The notes under the pieces were generated by a model. It did not search any database. It was given only the letters and a program-made list of their open reading frames with translations, and was not told where the DNA came from. Below are positions 21,344-34,350 of a stretch of DNA of 64,000 nt, in pieces. The translations under genes and the position numbers were made by a program. The stretch comes from Lama glama (Eukaryota): positions 56,112,001-56,176,000 of the forward strand of contig CM052816.1 of assembly GCA_028534125.1 (NCBI GenBank), given 5' to 3'. Each line of letters begins with the position of its first letter. Positions within the stretch are counted from its first letter, which is position 1.

Positions 21344-24300
21344 GTGAGTACCAAGTCGCGCGTGCGACTCCCGCGTGTTTAGAGCCCTGCCCCACGCTGG
21401 CCAGCGGCCACCCTCCGGGATGCCACAGCTAGGCCTGGACGAGGACGGCAGGGCCTTCCACATCTCGCCTCTCGACGTCCGCCCAGGTGTGGGCCTTTCT
21501 CTTTCTCTTTCAGCGAGAGCGGCTCTTCTTTGTTCCTGTCATCTTGTGTAATGTGTGCAAGGTTGAGAAGGATGCAGAGGAATGAAAACTTAACTGTAGG
21601 AGAAAGCAAAATTGGTAAAAGCTGTAGGAAAGAAAGACAACGCCCTGTTTTTCTAGACTGGTACCTGAAATTCCTGGGGCCTTTTGGTGCACAGGACGGT
21701 GCTGAGCGTATTTGCATTTAGTGGTCCTCTAGTGCTGCTATATGTACTGTCACTGTAAGACAGTACATCTAACTCAGGAAGCGGCCAGTTTTACCTTTTT
21801 ACTGCACAGTCACAGGAGTTCCCTTAATTACTCCACCGTCTGGAACGTCCTTCAGTTACGTTGCGAAAGTCACATTAGTCACCTCTCTAGGTCTTAGTGT
21901 GAATTTCAGGCAGGTTTTTAAGGCTCCATCTTCTAACTTGATTGTCATTTTATTTAAAACTCGAACAAATTCTAACTAGCGTTTGTATGTTTTCAAGTAC
22001 AGTAAGATACGTAAGTAACCTCTTCTTGGAATGCACTTCCTTCTGGTGTTGCCTTTCTCACCTACAGTCAGGTCTTTTCTTAAATGTGTACTGTTTTATT
22101 GAGGCCTTCCCTGACCTCCTTACTTAAAATTAACTACTGCCCCTGTTCCCCTTTCCTACTTAATTCTTCTGTATAGCACCTATCACAATAAAAAGTGCTA
22201 TGTTTTTAAGTTTATTTCTTTTGTTTATTGTCTGTTCCCACTGACTAGGATACATTATTTCTGTTTTGTTCTTGTCTTTTGTTCACTACTTTTAACCCCA
22301 TTACCTAGAGGGCAACAGTAGACACTCAAATTCTTGTTGAATAAGTGAATTTAATTCTCACGTGGATCCTGTGATGTGATGGATCACAGGCTCAGAGATT
22401 TGACGTGAAGATCAAAGAAGACTTGAGACTTTAGCAAGTCCTCTGTAAAGCCTACTCCGGCCTCTTCACCACAAGTGAAGGGCCCAGTTGACATTTCTCT
22501 TACAATTTAAAGTTTGTGGAGAGTTTTTAAAAGACTTTTTATTGACATGCAGTAATTATGACACACAGGAAAATGCATCCTGGAGATGTATGTTTTAGTA
22601 GGTTTTCAAAACCTGAATACACGCATAATAAGCAGCACCCAAAGCAAGAAATTGTGTTAACCTGTGCCCGAGAAGCCCACTCCCAGGGTTGAACCCTATC
22701 CGGACTTCTAATTGAGTGGATTAGTTTTGCCTGTTTTTAATTGGAATCACACAGTGTGAGTGAACTCTTTTGTGGTGGTTTCTTTTGTTTAACATTGTGA
22801 GATTTATCCTTATTTCCTGTTGTAGCTCTTTCTGTTTATAGAAATTTTTAATAGGTTTGTTTAAATTGTGAACTCATCAGTAGTTTTTTCTTAAGTCTCA
22901 GAGCCATAATGTCCTTTTTCCTTCTGAATCAGGAATAGAAAATAAATGGTTTCAAATGTTAAGCAGTAGTCACATTTTGATTTGTGTAAAATAGAGGCAA
23001 AGTGGTCAGCTATCTTGTTTTTCTTCATACTGTGTTCTTTCATCTGTGACTGTGGGATAAAAATGGCCTAAACAGATCAATGTCAGCAAAAAGCTCTCTG
23101 AAAAAAACTTCTTTCTGTGTACTTGGCAGTAGCCAAGTTGGGTATCATCACTACTTTGTTACATTTGCCAAAAATATTTACTAAATACTCACTCTTTGCG
23201 TTTTGGCTATCAGAAGTGTAAAAATGTGTTCCTCTGATCTGTATGAGACTGTAGGCAGTATTGGTGTAGACAGGATTAGAAGGATAAGCCAGGAGGATGT
23301 GAGAACTGCTTTATAAATAGTGTTAAAAATATCAAGCTTATTTGTGTTAAATAAGGAACAGATACAGTATTAAGAGTCATGCAAAAAGCATTATGAATGA
23401 AATGTTTGTTGTGATATGCAGGAGACAGAGTAGGGTTTTTAAAGTTAACTTTTTTCTTGAAGTCGGGGATCAGGTGTTACTCATTTTTATGTTTGCAATA
23501 ACCATCTCCTCGTGTTGCTCCAATAAATGTTAGATGATCAGGGATTTGGAAAGTGCTTTTTCAGGCCAGGTGACCTAAATTTAAGAGTATCTTTACTGAG
23601 CTTTTTTTTTTTTAGCAAGTAAAAGTTGATTTGTCAGATTTTCTTCTACAGTGAAGTTAAAGGCTAGAACTAATTTTTAAAATTTAGGTGAATAGCTTGT
23701 TCTAGAACTTGTGACATAAATTTTGTTGTGAAAATGAGTTTAAGTTAATAGCTTGAGTTTATCTATTCAACATAAAAAGAAAAAAGGCAAAGATGATATT
23801 AGGGATTGATGTTAATTAATAATGAACATATTGGTCTAATTCACATTTGATACTTTTAAAAAACATTGGATAAGACACAGATCTGAATTAAAGTTTCTAA
23901 TTTAGGGAAAATTACCAAGTACAGTAACAAATACCATATGCAAACACAGATTATTTTAACCTAATCCTTTAGGTCTCTTTTCCTGCATTGCTTGATCCTC
24001 AGCAGCAACATCTCAGTTCTGCTTGCATACTGATGTGTTTTGTGATTGCCCTTTGTGTCCCATGATTCCTGTTTGTGTGTATTTAGCCTTACAGGCATTT
24101 TTTAAAAATGGTTCTTGGGTTCTTTTATTTACTGGTAGTGTAATTTGTTGCTAATAATGTAGAATGGGTATTTACCCATTTTCTCGCATTACCAGTCCTT
24201 TTTAGACCGTCAGGTGTTACAGTGTTTAGCGAGTATGTATTGCCCAAGGCCTAAGGAATTCTGGGCTTTGTGAAATAACTCGCTTGATAGCACCAGTAGG

Positions 24301-25079
24301 AAATCATTTTTGTTGAAAATCACTGAGCCATGTGGAGGAAGAATGTCAATGGCAGGCCATAAATGACTTTATAGGTCAAGAAATGAGGCACAGGCTGCTA
24401 GTAGAAGATGCCTCCTTTTGGGGAGCTCACAGTAGTGAGGATAACTTGGAAGTATGTTTGTTATGAGTAAGTTAAATTGCAGGTGTTTTCACAGAAAAGG
24501 TAGTATTAAAAACTGTAGGAAATTAGGAAAGGCTTTCAAGCCAGGGCTTGAAGATTGAATAGAAATTTGCCAGGTATGTGGCTTTGGGAATAAGAGGACT
24601 GCTTTCAGAAAAGTGGCACCATTACGTGAAGAGGTGTGAGGGTGTTACGAGTGTGATGTTTCTGGGGAGTTTTGGCTAGAGCTCCTGTATAGAGTGGGGA
24701 GTAGGGGAGAGTACGGGGCTGTGAAGGTAGTTGAGGACAGATTTTTCATATTAAGAACTTCTACAGGTTTTTAAGTAGGGAGTTGATGACTTGAGATTGT
24801 TTATTTGAAGGATATATGTCAAGAATGAATTAAAGCAGTTTTTTCCACTGAGTACTACCTTTTAAGACTGACATCACTTGTGCTATTAATTACTGAATAA
24901 TTTTCCTTAAATTAATTCACATTTTAACATAAATAACTTCATCATAGGCAACACTGTCTGCAAAATCACAGATTTTGTTGGCTATTTTTTCTAACATTTA
25001 TTTAGTAAACAATTTTTTTTGGTCTATAATCTAACATAATCATGGGCATTCATTTTGGGAAACACAATATTGGAATAAG

Positions 25080-25630
25080 TTTAAAAAATTTTTGGTCAAT
25101 AGGAACCCTTTATACTTTTAAAAATGATTCAGAACTCCAAACAGTTTTGTTTATATAGGCTATAATTAATATTGAAATACTAGAAATTAAAACAAAACTT
25201 AGGTTTTAATTCATTAAAAGTAACAAATCTATTAAATATTAGTATAAGTAATACAGTTTTATGAAAAATATCTATTTTCAAAAACAAATTATTTATTTTG
25301 AAGAGTGTTACAATTTTGCAAGTCTTAAATGTCTGGCTTAATAGAAAACGACTTACGTCTGCTTTTGTATTTCATATGTTACTCTATTTTTAGTTGAAGT
25401 GTATGAAGAAGATCTTGCAGCGTAGATATGTGTGGGAAAGGGAGGAGTATTTTAATAGTCTTTTCAGAAAATTGTGGACCATCTTAAATGATATACCAGG
25501 CTTTGACAAGTGAGTTTTTTTTAAAGGTTAGTTGCACTGTGGAATCAAACCATATTAGTGAGCTTTTTGTATTCTGTTATGTTAGAATCCATTGTTCTGT
25601 TTTAGAATGGATCTAACATACATGATTTTT
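25080..25630. mobile_element. Charlie1-like hAT relic
   Basis: Similarity to recalled Charlie1 consensus. Confidence 0.5.
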
Positions 25631-26462
25631 GCAAACACTCAGAACTTTGGCATTGGAAATGAAGAGGAATGGATTCAAGATATATTTAGGGAATAAATCA
25701 AAAGGACTTGGTGACTCCCTAAATAAAGATAGTGACTGTATCTGTCTTAAGATATGGAAAGGAGCAGATTTAGGGGGAATAAGGAATAATAATGAGTTTT
25801 GACATAGCTTTTTTTTTTTTTGACATGTTGCACAATGGTATAACCTTACCTGTTTACTTGATACCCATTCCCCTCAGTTTCATATGCTTCTGTGCATTTC
25901 TCATAGCTTTTGAGAGTGTACTTGATACATAGAGAATATTTAGTAAATGTTTTTAAACTAAAGATCCTTCATTTCTGTGATCATAGAGAGGATTTACTTC
26001 TGTGTATTTTTTTACATAATTTTATTTTTACATATTTATGGTAGAAAAATCAGAATACACAGATAAACCAAAAAGTTATATTACTTTTTGAGAAATTACC
26101 AAGATGCTTTCTATAGTTAATTATTTTTCTTACTTTTATGTAAAAATGCATTTTGGTTGATCTGACATTTTGTAGTTTTAGTATATCTTTTTCTTTAGTA
26201 TCTTCATATCTTTCTGGAAGAATTAAAGGATGTTGAAAAATAAGGGATGTTTTAAGCTTGAGAACCATATTATGTTAGAATTATTTTCTGAATATGCATT
26301 GACTTTGATAGCTAAAAATATTGTTTCTGATTTTTAAAAGTGATACATTTTTACGATGTATATTACACATGACTGACTTACATGTCTTACATGTAATGCA
26401 TAAACTTAGTTTTATAATTTTGTATATTTCTTTTTCAGAGAATAACAATTTACAGGGCCAAG

Positions 26463-26522
26463 ATGTCCAGCCTGAGGATATTTGTAGTGAACCATAAGAA
26501 TATATGCAGCTTGCACATTAAT
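26463..26522 (+). CDS. GFM2: GFM2 exon 2, first coding (exon starts 26439)
   Basis: tttttcag acceptor; ATG MSSLRIFVVNHKNICSLHIN|gtaagc, presequence-like N-terminus. Confidence 0.9.
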
Positions 26523-26535
26523 GTAAGCTTTTCTT

Positions 26536-26718
26536 TTTTTTAACATTTTTTATTGATTTATAATCATTTTACAATGTTGTGTCAAATTCCAGTGTTCAGC
26601 ACAATTTTTCAGTCATTCATGGACATATACATATTCATTGTCACATTTTTTTCTCTGTGATTTATCATAACATTTTGTGTATATTTCCCTGTGTTATACA
26701 GTGTAATCTTGTTTATCT
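26536..26718 (-). mobile_element. Young truncated L1 3' end at GFM2 exon 2 donor
   Basis: Poly-T tail; 19-bp TSD attaatgtaagcttttctt at 26517-26535 and 26719-26737. Confidence 0.85.
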
Positions 26719-27989
26719 ATTAATGTAAGCTTTTCTTGTAAAATTAAATGTACTTCAACGACTTCAGCTACTTTACTTCCCAAAGGCCTAGTATATCTTA
26801 TGTATTAGTATATCAGCAGCTTCTTAACAGGGAATATGGGAGAACTTGTAACCAGGAAGAAGTGTGCCTTATCATTAGTCTGTAAATTCATTTTGCTACT
26901 TTAAAATTACCTGTACAGCATTTTGAGACTATCTGTAGTCCATTTTGAGGTCATTAGTGGCCCAAGGAATTACATAGTTTTTCTTTAGTGTTTTCATTTC
27001 TGATGCTTTCAGATTATACACCCAGTGACAGGTGATCCTGTTTTACCCTGGTCATTATGAAGTGAAAATTTAAGTAGTTTGATTCTCTTCTCTACTCTTT
27101 CTTAGGATAATAGTGTTTTATTGCCAGAAACTTGGTAACTCAAGTAGGAATAATATGGAAGGCACAGGTATGCATTCCGTGACATCATGAAAAGCAGATT
27201 GTGGCAGCCCAAAATCATTACATACTTTGCAAACAATTCCAGATATGTTGGCAGCCATTAAGTGTGTATCTAGTGGTCTAGGCATGGATTGTTGGAGAAC
27301 ATTTGATCTCTATGTGGGAACATTAGGAGAAGATACCTTGGGAACTTTAAAAGGTGCCAGTTCCTAGTTCACCCAACTTCTCCCACTTCCCCATCCTCCA
27401 GATGTTTTTAAAAAGCTTTCCAGGTGATTCTGCTTTGTAGCCACTGTTATAAAGGTAGGTGAAAACACCTAATGGCTTCAGAGTTTATGACCCCCCCACC
27501 AGCTCTTAACGGCCTTAAAGGAGAACTGAAGTATCCAGGGTGAGCGACCTTATTTAACCTTTCTAACTTTCTGGAACCTTCAGTCGTGATCCTCAAACTG
27601 TAGCTATCAGAATCACCTGGAGGGCTTGTTAAAACAGATTTTTTTCAATCCCATCCCTGGAGTTTCTGATTCTCTTATCTGCAGCAGGTCCTGAGAATTT
27701 GTCTTTCAAATAAGATTCCCGTGATGCTGATGCTGCAGGTCTATGAAAGTCATCATCTCAGGTCAGCTCAAAAGAGCAAATCAGTATTAATTTTATCCTT
27801 ATTTTTTTTTCTGTAGTGTAATTTTGTGTTGTCACTTTGTAAAATAATTAGAGTTAAGAAATTTTAGGACTACTTTATGGAGATTCACAATATTTTGTCC
27901 TCTGACAAAGTAGAGTCATGATCTTAAAACTACTGTAATAAGTAATGCTAAAATAAAATTAATGTCAAGTTTCTTTTTCTTCTTACTAG

Positions 27990-28074
27990 AATACTTGTTG
28001 CTATAAAATAAGAGCGAGTCTAAAAAGATTAAAGCCACATGTGCCTCTTGGAAGAAATTACAGTTCCCTCCCAG
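27990..28074 (+). CDS. GFM2: GFM2 exon 3
   Basis: [32 protein letters not shown]. Confidence 0.94.
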
Positions 28075-28529
28075 GTACAAATGTTAGATTCTTTTCATTT
28101 TACTTAAACTGCTTGCTTGCTTTCTGCCTTCTCTCTGTCTCTGTCTCTCTCCCTCTCTCATTTCCAAGCATCTCCCTTATTTGGGGTCTCAGACTCCCTT
28201 TTACTTCTTGGCTATTTCCTTGAGATTATGAGGAGTGTTCTGGTAGATGCCAGGAAGTGATACCAGTAGACTTATGCTCCTCAGCTGCTGGCTGTCTAAT
28301 GAGCTGAACAAAGGGAAGGGTTGGTGGCTTGAGTAGCTGGCTCAAAGGTTTAGCAGGTGAGTCTACTTGTAGAGTGCTCTTGCTGTAAAATACTGATTGT
28401 CCTACTTCCTCTCTGGTTTTCATGCCAGAAGTATTTTCTGTCAGTAGAGGTTTAACAGAATAATTTATTTTGGCTAGGTTAGGTTAGATAATATGGCTGT
28501 TAAAAGCCTGAAGGCTGAGGAAGTGACTA

Positions 28530-28757
28530 CAGTTGCCCCTTGAACAGGTTTGAACTTCGAGGGTCCACTTATGTGCAGAATTTGTTCACTAAACATGTAC
28601 TACACTACTACATGATCCATGGCTGGTTGAATCTGCCCGTGAGGAGCCTAGGATACAGAGGAGCCAGGTATGGGAGGGTGAGGTGTAAATTATACTCGGA
28701 TTTTTGACTGCACGGGAGTGGGCACCCCTAACCCTTAAGTTGTTCGAAGGTCAATTG
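28530..28757 (+). mobile_element. Tigger2-family MITE
   Basis: TA-flanked TIRs cagttgcccctt / aaggtcaattg. Confidence 0.8.
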
Positions 28758-28818
28758 TACCCTGATTGTCCTTTATGTGTTTGAAGTAAACAAGCATATG
28801 GGAGGTCCACTGAAACTA

Positions 28819-29041
28819 CATTTGACCCTTGAATAATGAGGGGGTTATGGGTGCTGACCCCTCGAACAGTTGAAAGTCATGTGTAACTTTACAGTCAGCC
28901 CACAGTAGCTGCAGTTCCACATGCACAGACTTAACCAGCTGCAGTAATACTGCGTAGTACTGTGAAATGCATGTATTGACTAAATCTTTGGGTTTAAGTG
29001 GACCCATGCAGTTCAGACCTGTGTTGTTCAAGGGTCACCTG
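28819..29041 (-). mobile_element. Tigger2-family MITE, inverted relative to neighbour
   Basis: TA-flanked TIRs catttgacccttgaa / ttcaagggtcacctg. Confidence 0.8.
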
Positions 29042-29585
29042 TAGCTTCATTCTGTAGCTGTTCTTGTTACCATCTTTGTCATGTGAGAGTAATGAAGTAA
29101 AAATGCTCATTTGCTGTGTACCTTGTCCTTACAAGTGAATTTAGTGACCTGCATTATTGGTGTGTTCCTGGGTTTCTGTATTTTGCCCATGCAGATTTAT
29201 CTGTAGCAGTACAGGTTATCTTTCAGTCTAGAAGTAGACTGTAGAAGTAGAAGTAATTCTACTTCTGCAATTCTATTTATTATAGAATTCTATTTATATA
29301 GAATTGTAGAAGGTGGCAGAGATTGGGATAAATCTCTATTTTTCTAAGGATGTAATCTAGAAATTGATATTTAAAAACTTTGCCTTGTTTTATTGTCATC
29401 CATAGCCTTTTCTTTAAAGATTGCAAGAAAATAAATTTTAGGTAAATGAGAGTTTTACTTAGCTTGAATGTTACTTTAATTGGAATTACAGTATTTGCTT
29501 AGAATTATTTTAACTTGCTGCATTTGTAAACTAAAGGAAAATTTCTTTAAATTTAACAATTCAATTTTAACACTCTTTCTATTAG

Positions 29586-29643
29586 GTTTAATAGGAAATG
29601 ATATCAAATCCCTTCATTCCATCATCAATCCTCCCGTTGCTAA
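29586..29643 (+). CDS. GFM2: GFM2 exon 4
   Basis: LIGNDIKSLHSIINPPVA; AG/GT, phase consistent. Confidence 0.94.
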
Positions 29644-30081
29644 GTAAGTACTGTCGTTGTTACTGTCTTTTCCATAGGCTGCTGTGAAAGGTTACAAGTT
29701 TCTCTCCTAGGCTTAATTCAGCATTTAGTGAATGCTCTAATTTGTCTAACTTTCTGCCCTAGCTAATTATAAGTAGATATCGGTGTGTATCTTAAAAGCT
29801 TTTCTCTTGTCTGAATTCCGTGCTAAAAACTTTTAGTATAGCAACATCACATTTTTCATAAAAATAAATATAAGATATTCACAAGATTGTAGTTAGCTCT
29901 TTTGTTACTTATTTTATCAGAGTAATGTGATAGTGATGTTTTCCATTTTTCTAGTTTTTATACCATTATATAAATTATAAAAATACTAACCAGCTTTGAA
30001 ATTTGCATGGCATAGATATTTGGTTTTACAGTTTTAGTGATGTCCACCTTATAATACTTTTTTTTTCCCCCTTTTAAACAG

Positions 30082-30179
30082 AATCCGTAATATTGGAATC
30101 ATGGCTCATATAGATGCAGGCAAAACTACCACCACAGAAAGAATACTGTATTATTCTGGATACACAAGATCACTGGGAG
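30082..30179 (+). CDS. GFM2: GFM2 exon 5 (P-loop)
   Basis: [30 protein letters not shown]1 motif. Confidence 0.97.
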
Positions 30180-30707
30180 GTTAGAATGGATTCCTCCTCT
30201 CCCCAACCCCCATTAAAAAAAAAAATCATCAGAGAGTATTTTGATTAAGAAGTCAGTGTAGAGATCTTGAGTATGGTATGGAAGTACTGATGTCTGAACC
30301 ACAAAATAAGGTTAAGGTAGTTGCAGTACTCACCAAAGGGTCTTTTTAGGTTCAACTAAACATTCAGATTCGTAAGACTATCTTGGGCTATAGTTGGCAC
30401 TGGTCTATTCAGAAGGCTGAGACAGAAACCATAGCTTACCAGCAGACCAACAATAGATCTTATTCAGAAGTTCTTACAGCAGTCTACACAGCTATGTGGG
30501 GAATATCTTCTTTGGCCACTCAAAAGTGATAGCTTAGTTGCAAGCTAACAAGATTCATAGGAGCCACCCTAGCTTAGAAGACTTAATGTCCCATAGGGAC
30601 GAATATCTCTTACTACAGCTTCATGGGCCATCTTCCAGGTTTCCCACAAGGGACCCTGTGCCATACTCGACTCAGGGAAGCCTGAAACTATGACTTTTCA
30701 CCAGGTG

Positions 30708-30841
30708 GTATTTTTTTGGGTGGGGGGCATAATTTGGTTTATTTATTATTTATTTATTTTTTTAACAGAGGTACTGGGGATTGAACCTGGGACCTTGTAC
30801 ACACTAAAGATGCGCTCTACCACTGAGCTATACCCTCCCAC
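30708..30841 (-). mobile_element. tRNA-Ala-derived SINE (vic-1-like)
   Basis: A/B boxes on minus strand; TSD ttcaccaggtg at 30697 and 30842. Confidence 0.85.
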
Positions 30842-32184
30842 TTCACCAGGTGTTTATAATTCATTTATAGTTCTTCCCAGGTCAGATGTAGTTTACCAAT
30901 CAGAAATTATTTTTTCCATAAGGTATGTTGCCTAGCAATGTAATTTACATACTTGTTTTCTGGACTCTAGAAGAAAAGAGACAGAAAGTTAACCAGAGGT
31001 CAAATTGAGTATATTCACACTGGTTGCAACCATTCTCCCCAATTTTTTCATCTTGCAAAACCCAAACTGTATGCTCATTAAAATGTCATTGAGCCTTAAC
31101 TCATAGTAATAGCAGTATTTACCTAAGTTTTGAATTTATTTTTTAATTATAGTATGCCAAAATTTATGACTCTTGACCAGGCATGCACATTTAATACCCA
31201 CGTAGCTTTAAAAAAATTTTTTTATAAATAATAATGCCCTAGCTCCATTCTGAAAATTAAGATGCAGCTTGTTTGGGTATGGCCTGGACATCTGTATTTT
31301 TGTTATGTATTTTGAAACTCTCTATTTGACTTATACACATTTGTGATTGTTACATTTCTCTGATCAATCTTTTTGTCATTGTAGAGTGCCTTTCTTTAGC
31401 TGTGATAAAACAGTTTGTTTTGAAGTTTGAGATGGAGATCATCAGGTCCATAATACCAGAAGTGGGAATATCTTTTTCAAAAGCTCAACCGTGATTTTGA
31501 AATGCACTCTATTAAGAACTATTTCTCTACACCCTTGGAATTGGCGGAGACAATGTTTATAGAGGAGAAAACCACTCAGGATTAGAATCTTCATGAGGAT
31601 GGGAACATAATTTCTCATAGAATTATTGCTGTGTAAATGGAAAACAGCAAAACTTTGAACTTTGTTAGGTGTCCTCTTTTGTGTCACAAATCTGATTAGA
31701 ATCCTTCCCTCACATCCCCGGTTTGTATCCTTGAAGCAAGGATTCAGATTAGGTGGACCTAGGTAATTATCAAGTTTTTTTTAAATTGTTGTTAAAAAAA
31801 TATGCACATAAAATCTACCATCTTAACCATTTCTAAGTGTACAGTTCAGTAGTGTCGAGTATATCCACACTGTTTGTAACCATTCTCCAGAACTTTTTCG
31901 TCTTGCAAAATCCAAACTTTTTCGTCTTGCAAAATCCAAACTATATACCCCATTTCCCCCTCTGCCCAGCCCCTGGAAACCACCCTTCTACTTTCTCTTT
32001 CTGTGACTCTGACCTCTCTACATACCTCATATAAGTGGAATCATACAGTATTTGTCTTTTTGTGACTGGCTTCTTTAACGCTTAGCATAATGTGCTCAAG
32101 GTTCATCCATATTGTGGCATGTGTCAGAACTTCCTTCTTTCTTAAAGCTGAATAATAATTCCATTGTATATATGTGTATGTGTG

Positions 32185-32190
<6 letters not shown>

Positions 32191-32224
<34 letters not shown>
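32191..32224. repeat. (TA)17 microsatellite at the end of an L1 fragment
   Basis: Direct reading. Confidence 0.9.
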
Positions 32225-32230
<6 letters not shown>

Positions 32231-33515
32231 GTTTTGAGGTTCTTTTCTGGTTCAGGTCAGAGGCCTAGAAAATACCCAGATTGTGACAGAACTTGTTGAT
32301 TCAAGGTTGAGTTTATGAGTGATATGTGTAAATTATAAAGAAGTAATAGGAAATAAAGATCTTTCTCTTTGTAAAAATTTTTATGAGTGTCTTAAAAACT
32401 TAGTGCCTTATTTAGAATTTTTGGTTAGTTATTTGGTCTTTGTCTTAATGATGTTTGTTTTCTTGGTTAGTTAAACTGTGAATAACTGGCAATACTAACA
32501 CAGGTCTTTAATACTGATATTTGACGGATACATTATTCTCACTATTTTCCCCTCTGTGTAATAGCAATAGCAAGAAATACACACATACACACACAAACTT
32601 GATAATGGGTAGACTAGTTAGCATTTTAGAGGTTTAATGCTTATGTAAGTCGTGGTAGTATAAAGCAATCATAACCTGGGTTCTTTAATTTTGATAGGTA
32701 AGAATCAGCTGTCATTTCTTTTACTGTGTAAATTTCATCAGAGTAAAATATATAAATCAGGATTTTACTGCAGAGTAATTTTGAGTGACCTTTTTGGTAG
32801 TCAGAATAAACTTTATCCCTAACTTTATGCTGTAGAAATTATACAAAGACTTAATTTGCATTTGTATAAGTAAATCCCTTTTGGTGGGAAAATTTAGTAA
32901 TGAGAAAGATTTGTAAAAGATAATTTAACTTGGAAGGAATTTTTTCTTTACCTTGTTCCATGTAGCTACCATTTACTTATTTAATGAGCTAGGTACTTTA
33001 CACATGTAGTCTCATTTCAATCTTATAACAGCCCAGCAAGGTTGGTTTTCTTAGCCTTATTTTACAAACAAGTTTAAATAACTTGATAAAGATCACAGAG
33101 AAGTAGGTGATACAAAGTTTGGATTTAAATTTGGCTTGTCCGTCCTCTTTATTGCACTACTCTGCCTCCTGTCTAGGGATCAGCTATAAGAAATGTCAGA
33201 TAAAGAAGGGGTAATGAAAGTTAGACTGGGAAAAAATGGAAGAAGTATATGGTTCAGTGAAATTGAAATGTTTAAACAGAGTTTAATCTTACTTGTTACA
33301 GAAAAAAAATCTTTATGCAAAAATTACTAATCTGCTGAAAAAGCTTTTACTAGAATGAAGATTTATTTAAAGAAGGATTAAGGGCTTCAAATATTGAACC
33401 AAATATTTTATGAACAGTTTCTATTAAAGCAAATTAAACTATGTTGGATAGATATCAATACTAATAAATAACACTTGCTATCAAGCCTAACTATGTCATC
33501 TTTTTTCCTGGTTAG

Positions 33516-33641
33516 ATGTTGATGATGGAGACACAGTGACAGATTTCATGGCTCAAGAGCGAGAACGAGGCATAACTATTCAATCAGCTGCTGTTACATT
33601 TGATTGGAAGGGGTATAGAATCAATCTAATTGATACACCAG
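33516..33641 (+). CDS. GFM2: GFM2 exon 6
   Basis: [25 protein letters not shown]...LIDTP (G2/G3). Confidence 0.97.
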
Positions 33642-33714
33642 GTATAGTGCTGTTCTCGTAATGCAGAGGTGATGTGTCATTTGAGGTTTTTGTTTGTGTA
33701 TGTGTGGGTTTTTT

Positions 33715-34280
33715 TTTATTGTGGTAAGAAAAGTGTATCATAAAATTTACTATCTTAACCATTTTTAAGTGTACAGTTCAGTAGTGTTAAGTATGTTTAT
33801 ACTCTTGTGAAACAGATCTCCAGAACCTTTTCATTTTGCAGAACTGAAACTCTATCCGTGTTAAAAAACAACTCTTCTCTTCCCCTCCCCTGACCCCTGG
33901 TAACTGCTGTTCTGCTTTCTAGATCTGAGATTGACTACTTTAGATACCTCTTACAAGTAGAATCATACATTTTGTGTCCTTTTGTGATTGTCTTATTTCA
34001 CTTAGCAAAGTTTTTCAAGGTTCATCCATGTTGTTGCATGTGAAAGGATTTCCTTCCTTTTAAAGGCTGCATAGTATTCCATGCACATATATAACACATT
34101 TTGTTTATATACAAAATTTTGTGTATATACCATTTATCCATTGGTGGATATTTGGGTTGTTTCTACCTCTTGGCCATTGTTAATAGTGCTGTTATGAAAA
34201 TGGGAGTATAAATATCTCTTTGAGATCATCCTTTCAATTCTTTTGGATATATACCTCAGAATGGGATTGCTGGATCATGT
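33715..34280 (-). mobile_element. Old L1M 3' fragment followed by (GGT)n
   Basis: L1MA/MB-type 3' end motifs. Confidence 0.75.
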
Positions 34281-34350
34281 GGTGGTGGTAGTGGTGGTGG
34301 TGGTGGTGGTTTACAGATTTTAAGTGTTAGATTTCTCATCTTTGTTTTAG

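Larger units (their letters stand above)
20780..21520. promoter_or_regulatory. CpG-island bidirectional promoter NSA2/GFM2 with tandem ETS/GABP-type sites
   Basis: GC/CpG-rich island; SCGGAAGT motifs at 21061, 21100, 21125; divergent genes on either side. Confidence 0.88.

Noticed and set aside
20637..21717. Several 60-139 aa ORFs over the promoter
   Set aside because: Expected from stop-poor GC-rich sequence; no homology recognised
30290..30910. Possible LTR surrounding the SINE
   Set aside because: Termini and family could not be established by eye
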